From NCBI GenBank assembly GCA_042408215.1, contig JAYFMW010000020.1, positions 544,001 through 608,000 of the forward strand: 64,000 nucleotides of DNA, in the 5' to 3' direction. Position 1 is the first letter of the stretch. The number at the start of each line of letters is the position of its first letter. Under the pieces are notes generated by a model. The model was given only the letters and a program-made list of their open reading frames with translations, had not been told where the DNA came from and did no database searches. Made by a program: the position numbers and the translations under genes. Positions 56,890-64,000 of the stretch are shown piece after piece. This DNA is from Microcoleus sp. Its GTDB lineage: Bacteria > Cyanobacteriota > Cyanobacteriia > Cyanobacteriales > Microcoleaceae.

Positions 56890-58680
56890 CTATTTAACAA
56901 CCTTAACCCGATCGCCATCTTTGAGATAACCAGCCCCAGCAATCACTACCCGATCGCCCGCCTTCAAACCCTTTTTAATCTCCACCTTAGCATTCGTCAA
57001 ATCACCAACAGCCCCCCCAGAAATTTCCCCAACTTCCACAGTTTGAGCCAGCACCTTATCCTCACCAACAAGTTTATAAACCACAGCACCACCGTCAGAT
57101 TGCGGTAAAATAGCCTTAGCAGGGACTTTCAAACCTTGAGCCGTTGCCGTCGCAATAGATGCGTGCAAAAACATTCCCGATCGCAAAAACTCATTTTGAG
57201 GCAAATCAATTTTCACCGTTGCTTGGCGATTTTGAGGGTCAACCAGCGGCGAAATATCTCGCACAGTTCCTGCTAATTTAATCCGCTTGTCAGATTCAGA
57301 AGTAATGCGGACTGCTGTTCCCAGCCTCACCAGCCCTAGTTGAGTTTCCGGCACTTTCAATTGCAATTCTAGCTTATTTCCCCGAATAATCGAAAAGAGT
57401 TTTTGACTCCCCGAAGAAACATCACCAACACGACCAATTCTTTCAGCAACAGTGCCACTATCCGGTGCTCGAACTACAGTTTGTTCTAGTTGAGTTTGTA
57501 ACTGTTTGACTCGCGCTTCATTGCTGCGGACACTTGCTGCGTTATTTCCGACATTAGCCCTAGCACTGCCGATCGTTGTGGCGGTCGTATTAACTTTAGC
57601 TTGAGCAACGCTGACAGCAGCTTTAGCCTTATTGATATTAGCTTCGGCATTAACTACTTTAGCAAGAGCCGATCGCACTTCTTCCACTTCTTTATTCTGT
57701 TCTTCCAAAGCTCTATTCAAATCAGCTTTAGCTTTGTTCAAATCTTGAACAGCAGTCTGCTGTTCCGTCTTGCGCCTTTCTAAATCTTGCTGACTAACAA
57801 CTCCCTGAGAGGCCAAATCTTGGGTGCGATTTACTTCTCTTTGAGCTTGTTCTAATTTAGCGCGAGCCGAAGCAATGCTAGCTTGAGCTTGATTGACACC
57901 GGCTTTAGCTTGCTCGAGACCAGCTTTAGCTTGGCCGACACCTGTTTTAACTTGTACTAACTCAGCGACAGTTGTTTCAACACCAGCTTGGGCTTGAGTA
58001 ACGCCGGCTTCGGCTTCCTTTTGGGTAGACTGGGCTTGTAGCACCTGAGCTTCGGCTTGTTCTACCGTAGAATCGGCCGATTGTACTTTAGCAACAGCTT
58101 CGGCAATTTGCGATCGCAACACCGAATCATCCAAAACCGCCATAACCTGACCTTTTTCTACCGCATCTCCTTCCGCCACCAAAACCTGCTTAATTTGCAG
58201 CCCATTAGCTTGCGGCAGCACCGGCAGCAAATCGTAAGCCGCCACAGTGCCGGTTGCTTCCAGAGTTTGAGCCACCGCAGCCGATTCCACCGGTGCCACT
58301 GTCACAGTCTGAGCAATCGGTGCTGGAGAGGCTGGTTTTGCTTGAACTGCGGGAGGCGCACTTTGGCGTAGTATCAAGTGTTCTGTCGCCAGCGTTGCTG
58401 CAATACCTATTCCTACGCCCGCCAACACTGACCACCACCTGATGCCTTTGCTGGGCGTCGATTCAGGCTCTTCTGCTTCCCAAACTGCTGATTCTTCCCT
58501 ATCCATTTCTGGAACTTGTAGAGGAATTTCTCGTTCATCTTCCTCAGAGGCTAGTTCCCGGCGATACTCGTCTTTGACGCCACCTTCAAACAGGTTCACG
58601 GCTTCGTTGCTGTCGCGCCCGTTGTGTATGTGGTGAAGAGGTTGCATTTCTTCCGCTTCTGAGATAACTTGATTTGTCAC
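56890..58680 (-). CDS. RND efflux periplasmic adaptor (HlyD/MFP) with a long coiled coil
   Basis: LEATGTV, VAEGDAVEKGQ, VRAPDSG, FLRSGMF. Confidence 0.93.
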   Translation of the reverse strand: MTNQVISEAEEMQPLHHIHNGRDSNEAVNLFEGGVKDEYRRELASEEDEREIPLQVPEMDREESAVWEAEEPESTPSKGIRWWSVLAGVGIGIAATLATEHLILRQSAPPAVQAKPASPAPIAQTVTVAPVESAAVAQTLEATGTVAAYDLLPVLPQANGLQIKQVLVAEGDAVEKGQVMAVLDDSVLRSQIAEAVAKVQSADSTVEQAEAQVLQAQSTQKEAEAGVTQAQAGVETTVAELVQVKTGVGQAKAGLEQAKAGVNQAQASIASARAKLEQAQREVNRTQDLASQGVVSQQDLERRKTEQQTAVQDLNKAKADLNRALEEQNKEVEEVRSALAKVVNAEANINKAKAAVSVAQAKVNTTATTIGSARANVGNNAASVRSNEARVKQLQTQLEQTVVRAPDSGTVAERIGRVGDVSSGSQKLFSIIRGNKLELQLKVPETQLGLVRLGTAVRITSESDKRIKLAGTVRDISPLVDPQNRQATVKIDLPQNEFLRSGMFLHASIATATAQGLKVPAKAILPQSDGGAVVYKLVGEDKVLAQTVEVGEISGGAVGDLTNAKVEIKKGLKAGDRVVIAGAGYLKDGDRVKVVK

Positions 58681-59074
58681 AGTAGTTCCTCCCGCCGGTT
58701 TGAGCCTTTGGTTTTTTATATTGTAAAGAAAGATTGCGGTCTTAAGATCTATATCATTTTAACGGAGGGTGTCAGCAGTGGCGCGTCCTCCTGTTGGGTG
58801 AGTGTGTCCTGATTTCGGGTTGCAGCATTTAAGAAAGTGACTCCACGGAGCGATCGGGCGGCTTGTACCCTGGATGCTTGATTGTCAGAGCGATCGGGTC
58901 GATCGGGCTAAATTCTCTTTCCAGAAGCTGTTTTGCCGTCACCAACTCATCAATAATCAGGTAATTAAGTCTAATCGGGAACTAATTATTGTTAGTTTAT
59001 ATTCTAATATGTTTAGTGTAGAATAAGGCACATCTACCCCAAAAGTTGTGCCATTTTAATTGACAAACATCCCA

Positions 59075-60172
59075 ATGAATAATCTCTTTTCTCCCGTCCA
59101 ACAGTTTCTAATTACTTGGCTGCTAGTCCTAGTGACGGGGTGGTTTACCTTGGCTGCTGTCAATTATGTTGGAGAACTGGTCAGCATTTTAGTAACAGCG
59201 GGACTGATTGCGTTTTTATTGAACTACGCAGTAGTAAGACTGCAAGTATTTTTGCCGCGGGGAATAGCTGCGGGGCTGGTTTATTTGACGGCGGGTTTGC
59301 TATTAGTAGTAATTGGTCTAACTATTGTGCCGCCAGTGTTCAGCCAAGGGAGACAGTTGGGGGTGAGGTTCCCGGAATTGCTGGAGTCTGGGCGACAGCA
59401 GCTAGATGAATTCCAAACTTGGAGTGCCGATCGCAATTTGCCTTTTAACGTGGAAATTTTGGAACAGCAACTATCTGCTAAGGTGCAAGAACAAGTGCAG
59501 GCGATCGCGAGTAAGAGTTTAGGCTTAGTTGTCGGTACTGTCAACTGGTTTTTGGATTTAATTCTAATTCTAGTAATTTCATTTTATATGCTCCTAGACG
59601 GACAAAGAGTATGGGGTGGTTTGACAAGTATTTTTTCCCCAGACATTCGCTATGTTTTAACCGAAACTTTACAGCGAAACCTCCAGCGGTTTGTATCGGG
59701 ACAGTTGCTGCTAGGACTATTTATGGCGACAGCACTGACTCTGGCTTTTTGGTGGCTGCGAGTGCCATTTTTCCTGTTATTTGCCGTATTTATAGGGTTG
59801 ACGGAAATAATTCCGTTTATCGGTGCAACTTTGGGAATTGGAACTGTTAGTATAACTGTAGCGTTTATTGATTGGTGGCAGGCGCTGCAAGTCTTAGTAG
59901 TTGCGATCGCCCTTCAGCAAGTCAAGGACAATTTAGTAGCTCCCCGGATCATGGGCACTCTCACGGGGTTGAGTCCGGTAATTATTTTCACAGCTTTGCT
60001 GTTAGGAGGTAGAGTCGGAGGATTGTTGGGAGTTATCCTCGCAATTCCGTTAACTGGGGTAGTAAAAAGTATAGTAGAAATTGTACTCAATCCCAAATTG
60101 CCACCGCAAACAGGTTCATTTTTCTACAATCCCTTTAGCGACGAAGAATTACATAAAAACGATAGTCATTAG
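59075..60172 (+). CDS. AI-2E family transporter
   Basis: IAFLLNY.V..L, IIPFIGA, APRIMG...LSPV, GGLLGVILAIP. Confidence 0.92.
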   Translation: MNNLFSPVQQFLITWLLVLVTGWFTLAAVNYVGELVSILVTAGLIAFLLNYAVVRLQVFLPRGIAAGLVYLTAGLLLVVIGLTIVPPVFSQGRQLGVRFPELLESGRQQLDEFQTWSADRNLPFNVEILEQQLSAKVQEQVQAIASKSLGLVVGTVNWFLDLILILVISFYMLLDGQRVWGGLTSIFSPDIRYVLTETLQRNLQRFVSGQLLLGLFMATALTLAFWWLRVPFFLLFAVFIGLTEIIPFIGATLGIGTVSITVAFIDWWQALQVLVVAIALQQVKDNLVAPRIMGTLTGLSPVIIFTALLLGGRVGGLLGVILAIPLTGVVKSIVEIVLNPKLPPQTGSFFYNPFSDEELHKNDSH

Positions 60173-60457
60173 TTAGTAGTCATTAGTCAGTAGTCAGTAG
60201 TCATTAGTCATTAGTCATTAGTCATTAGTCATTAGTCAGTAGTTGGTAGTTAGTAGTTAGTAGTTAGTAGTCAGTAGTCAGTAGTCAGTAGTCAGTAGTC
60301 ATTAGTCATTAGTCATTAGTCATTAGTCAGTAGTTGGTAGTTAGTAGTTAGTAGTTAGTAGTCAGGAGTCATTAGTCAGTAGTCAGTAGTCAGTAGTCAT
60401 TAGTCATTAGTCAGTAGTCAGTAGTCATTAGTCATTAGTCATTAGTCAGTAGTCATT
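60165..60457. repeat. STRR heptamer tract (TAGTCAT/TAGTCAG)
   Basis: Direct reading of the sequence. Confidence 0.9.
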
Positions 60458-60521
60458 GGTAGCAGCTAACAACTTAGAAATAACAACCGTCAACAGTCAA
60501 CAATCAACAATTTCAAAACAT

Positions 60522-61592
60522 ATGAAATGGTGGCAAAATCTTAAAAATAATCCTCTAGCCCGGTTGGGAGCCGTACTACTATTAATTTTTTACACAGGAG
60601 CAATTTTAGCTGATTTTGTAGCACCTTACGACCCCTACGACTCTCAATTAAACGGTTCCTTGCTACCGCCAACTCAGATTCATTTGACAGCCCCTGACGG
60701 CAGATTTATCGGGCCGCACGTTTATCCAACCACCCAGGGCCCAGTGGATGCAAATACAGGCGATCGCGAAGTAATTGTAGACTCGCGAAAACCTTCCTCT
60801 CTAGTTTTATTTGTCAAAGGTTCCCCCTATAAATTTTGGGGAATCGTGCCTTTAGATAGACACCTGTTTGGTACTATAGGAGAAGGCAAAATTAACATTT
60901 TAGGCACGGACGAACAAGCACGCGACCAATTTACCCGCTTAGTACACGGTAGCCGCATTAGCCTTAGCATCGGTTTAGTAGGAATAGCAATTTCTTTTCC
61001 TTTAGGGCTATTAATAGGAGGAATTTCCGGTTATTTTGGTGGTTGGATTGATAGTATTTTGATGCGATTCGTCGAAGTATTGATGACGATTCCCGGTCTC
61101 TATTTATTAGTAGCACTAGCAGCAGTTCTGCCTCCGGGATTGACAAGCGCTCAGCGATTTATGTTGATCGTGATGATTACTTCATTCATCAGTTGGACTG
61201 GTTTAGCGCGGGTAATTCGCGGTCAAGTTCTCTCGATTAAACAACTAGAATTTGTCCAAGCGGCACGGGCTATGGGTGCGAATCCACTTTATATTATTGT
61301 CCGCCACGTACTACCCCAGACTGCAACTTACGTGATTATTTCCGCTACTTTATCGGTTCCTAGTTTTATTGTGGCGGAGTCGGTTTTGAGTTTGATTGGT
61401 TTGGGAATTCAACAGCCAGATCCTTCTTGGGGAAATTTGCTTTCGCTGTCTACTAATGCTTCAATTTTAGTGTTGCAGCCTTGGTTAGTTTGGCCCCCCG
61501 CGATTTTGATTATTTCGACAGTGTTGGCGTTTAATTTATTGGGTGATGGGTTGCGGGATGCTCTCGATCCGAGAAGCGCTCAAAGGAATTAA
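60522..61592 (+). CDS. Peptide/nickel ABC transporter permease (OppC/DppC type)
   Basis: LGTDEQARD, FVQAARAMGA, PSWG, FNLLGDGLRDALDP. Confidence 0.93.
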   Translation: MKWWQNLKNNPLARLGAVLLLIFYTGAILADFVAPYDPYDSQLNGSLLPPTQIHLTAPDGRFIGPHVYPTTQGPVDANTGDREVIVDSRKPSSLVLFVKGSPYKFWGIVPLDRHLFGTIGEGKINILGTDEQARDQFTRLVHGSRISLSIGLVGIAISFPLGLLIGGISGYFGGWIDSILMRFVEVLMTIPGLYLLVALAAVLPPGLTSAQRFMLIVMITSFISWTGLARVIRGQVLSIKQLEFVQAARAMGANPLYIIVRHVLPQTATYVIISATLSVPSFIVAESVLSLIGLGIQQPDPSWGNLLSLSTNASILVLQPWLVWPPAILIISTVLAFNLLGDGLRDALDPRSAQRN

Positions 61593-61596
61593 ATCA

Positions 61597-61700
61597 TGGG
61601 GAATGGGTAATTGGGAATGGGTAATTGGTAATGGGTAATTGGTAATTGGGTATTGGAAATTGGGCATTGGAAATTGGGCATTGGGCATTGGGCATTGGGC
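61597..61700. repeat. STRR heptamer tract
   Basis: GGGCATT / GGTAATT units. Confidence 0.8.
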
Positions 61701-61709
61701 GCCGTCATT

Positions 61710-61890
61710 AGTGTCAACTTAAGGTCAAACCCAGTCATAGACTGTTGTTTGACTATTAAATCTAGATCCCCCCGCATTCTTGCCCCCTACTCTACCTCTA
61801 CTCCCCTTAAGAAGGGGGGACAGGAATCTTCTCAAAGTCACCCCCTACTCACACCCTACTCCCTTCTTAAGGGGGATTTAGGGGGATCGA
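61710..61890. mobile_element. Truncated MITE (GTGTCAAC family)
   Basis: Left TIR and internal hairpins match 24260-24468; right TIR missing. Confidence 0.7.
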
Positions 61891-61949
61891 GACCTGACTA
61901 CCAGCGACATTGACGCGGACTAAAAGAGTTTCTTCCCTCTTCCTTCGTA

Positions 61950-64000
61950 TTAATTAACAGGTAAACGGATCGTAAAAGTAGAACCAACACCCTCCTGACT
62001 TTGTAAGGAAATATTGCCGCCCATCATTTGGCAAAAACGCTGACTAATTGCCAGTCCTAAACCGGTGCCGCCGTACTTGCGCGTGGTAGAAGCATCTGCT
62101 TGGATAAACGGTTGAAAAATCCGCTGCAATTGGTCTGGATTCATCCCAATTCCTGTATCAATACAATGAAAAACTAAACATTCTTTACTGGGAATTGAGG
62201 AATGAGGGTTTACTTCAGATTGAGAACTTTTTTCAGGGTTCCCTTCATGACTTTCGCCCGATATCTGTTCTCGATTTGCGGTGAGGGTAATTGTGCCATT
62301 CTTAGTAAACTTGGCAGCATTGCTCAGCAAATTTAATAATATCTGCCGCACTTTAGTAATGTCGGCGTGCATAGTGCCGATATTGCTAATTTGACTCAGG
62401 TCTAGAGTGTTGCCGTTTTTCTCAATTAGTGGCGCGGCGGTGGAGGTGACTTCTTCTATCAAAGCTGCGATGTCGAAGGTTTCTAAATAAAGATCCATTC
62501 TGCCGGCTTCAATTTTAGAAATGTCGAGAATGTCATTGATTAGTGACAGCAAGTGTCTTCCAGAAGTGCGAATTCTGTCCAAATCCGGGATGATTTCTGT
62601 ATAACCGTATTCCTCGCTTTCTTCTTGGAGAATTTCGCTATAGCCGATGATGGCGTTGAGGGGAGTTCGCAGTTCGTGGCTCATGTTTGCTAGAAATGCG
62701 CTTTTTGCCGTGGAAGCGGCTTCGGCTGCTTCTAGGGCGAGTTTTAAGGCTGATTCAAAGACTTTTCGATCGCTAATATCCTCGATACTGCCTTCATAGT
62801 ACAGCGTTTTCCCGTCCTCATCTCGCACCGCACGGGCGCTTTCGGAAATCCAAATGACGTAGCCGTCAGCGCGGTAAACCTCGGATTCAAACCCTGAGAC
62901 TTCGCCGGTTTTATTGATCGCTCCCATAAACTCCTCCTGGCGCTGGGGGTTAACGTAAGCCTGCTGTCGGATCTTTGTGAGATTGGATGTTAACTCTTCG
63001 GGGGTGGAATAGCCGTAGATGCGGGCTAAAGCTGGATTAACGCTCAAAAAGTGACCTTCAGGTGTGGTTTGAAAAATGCCTTCGACTGCGTTTTCAAAGA
63101 TGCTGCGGTATTTTTGTTCTGCTTGACGTAGAGCTATTTCTGTGCGTTCGCGCTCGCTGGCTTCGATGGCTAGGGAGACTAAATCTGCGAGGGAAGCAGC
63201 GAAATTTTGTTCTTCTACTGTCCAGTTGCGAGTACCTGCTATCTGTTCGATACAGATGACTCCCACTGTTTGTCCGCCGAGTCGTATTGGCGCGTCTAAG
63301 GTAGAAGTAGTGCCACTTTCTACAAAGTAAGATTTGGCAAATTCTCTAGTTCTCGTATCTGATAGAGCGTCGTCGGCTGCGATCGTCCGGTCTTCTTCCA
63401 AAGCTTTAAAATAAGCTGGATAGTCTGCTGCTGCGATTTCGACTCCTTGGGAATGTCGGCCAGTGCTGCGGTGAAATTGGTCGAGACATTGCAGTTTCGA
63501 TCGACTCTCATCATACAGCCACGCGCCGGCTCTTTCTGTCTGTAGGGTATAAACTGCGGCTTCGTTGATTTCCCTCAACGCCACTTGTAAATCGCCTCGA
63601 TACAGTCTTTTATTTCTGGCGAGTTCTACCAAAACAGTATTTTGCTTGAGCAATTGTTTTTGCCTTTCCAGGCGCGCCGATTCGTCTCGCTTGTACTCGG
63701 TAATATCGCGGGCCACCCAAATTACGGACTCTTCTGAAAGTGGCGAAATGCTGGCGGCAAAACAAATTTCGCGATCGCCAATGGGTAAAGTGTACTCGAT
63801 ACTGACAGTTTGCTTGGTATCTAAAGCTGATTGGATGCAGTGCAGAAATCGATCGGCTGTGGCTGGCGGAAACATCTCGGAGAGGGTTTTACCAATTAAT
63901 TCTTCAGGTGGTTTATACAGTAGGGAAAGATTTGTTGGTGCTACTTTTAAATAGCGGCCACTAGCATCCAAAACTACAATTAATTCGCTCATCGCTGCAA
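61950..64000 (-). CDS. PAS-GAF-PAS sensor histidine kinase, 5' end outside the window
   Basis: [44 protein letters not shown]. Confidence 0.92.
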   Translation of the reverse strand, partial: AAMSELIVVLDASGRYLKVAPTNLSLLYKPPEELIGKTLSEMFPPATADRFLHCIQSALDTKQTVSIEYTLPIGDREICFAASISPLSEESVIWVARDITEYKRDESARLERQKQLLKQNTVLVELARNKRLYRGDLQVALREINEAAVYTLQTERAGAWLYDESRSKLQCLDQFHRSTGRHSQGVEIAAADYPAYFKALEEDRTIAADDALSDTRTREFAKSYFVESGTTSTLDAPIRLGGQTVGVICIEQIAGTRNWTVEEQNFAASLADLVSLAIEASERERTEIALRQAEQKYRSIFENAVEGIFQTTPEGHFLSVNPALARIYGYSTPEELTSNLTKIRQQAYVNPQRQEEFMGAINKTGEVSGFESEVYRADGYVIWISESARAVRDEDGKTLYYEGSIEDISDRKVFESALKLALEAAEAASTAKSAFLANMSHELRTPLNAIIGYSEILQEESEEYGYTEIIPDLDRIRTSGRHLLSLINDILDISKIEAGRMDLYLETFDIAALIEEVTSTAAPLIEKNGNTLDLSQISNIGTMHADITKVRQILLNLLSNAAKFTKNGTITLTANREQISGESHEGNPEKSSQSEVNPHSSIPSKECLVFHCIDTGIGMNPDQLQRIFQPFIQADASTTRKYGGTGLGLAISQRFCQMMGGNISLQSQEGVGSTFTIRLPVN

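Noticed and set aside
1..64000. tnpA, integron integrase, rRNA or tRNA genes
   Set aside because: None recognised in the ORF track or by reading the sequence; mobilising enzymes would have to act in trans.

Overview
This 64-kb window is chromosomal DNA from a filamentous cyanobacterium. Abundant HIP1 GCGATCGC sites, heptameric STRR tracts and photosystem genes suggest an Oscillatoriales/Microcoleus-like host (inferred). Housekeeping genes include rpsD, metK, mnmG, psbB-psbT-nrdR-rpsA, tsaD, psaF-psaJ, ilvN, argJ and gifA, plus RND and ABC transporters and several histidine kinases. They are interspersed with a dense RNA-guided-transposon landscape: two intact tnpB elements, one divergent TnpB with a lost RuvC-III aspartate and lost zinc finger, and eight short IS200/IS605-derived elements. 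Those eight lack an ORF but keep their ends and omegaRNA-like sequence, and one carries an orphan IscB/HEARO-type RNA. No tnpA is visible. An accessory block at about 13.9-28.5 kb holds a Panacea toxin-antitoxin pair, attC-like sites, a MerR-thioredoxin-ArsP operon and a 17-copy 85-bp tandem array. It also holds a candidate two-component regulon of Gly-X-Y-rich exported proteins, an Fe/2OG hydroxylase and a PepSY-type membrane protein. The best candidates for new biology are the predicted nuclease-dead TnpB with a structured RNA abutting the NtcA-boxed gifA promoter, the Gly-X-Y peptide/hydroxylase regulon, and the promoter-containing 294-bp omegaRNA mini-element. All calls come from manual reading; no searches were run.
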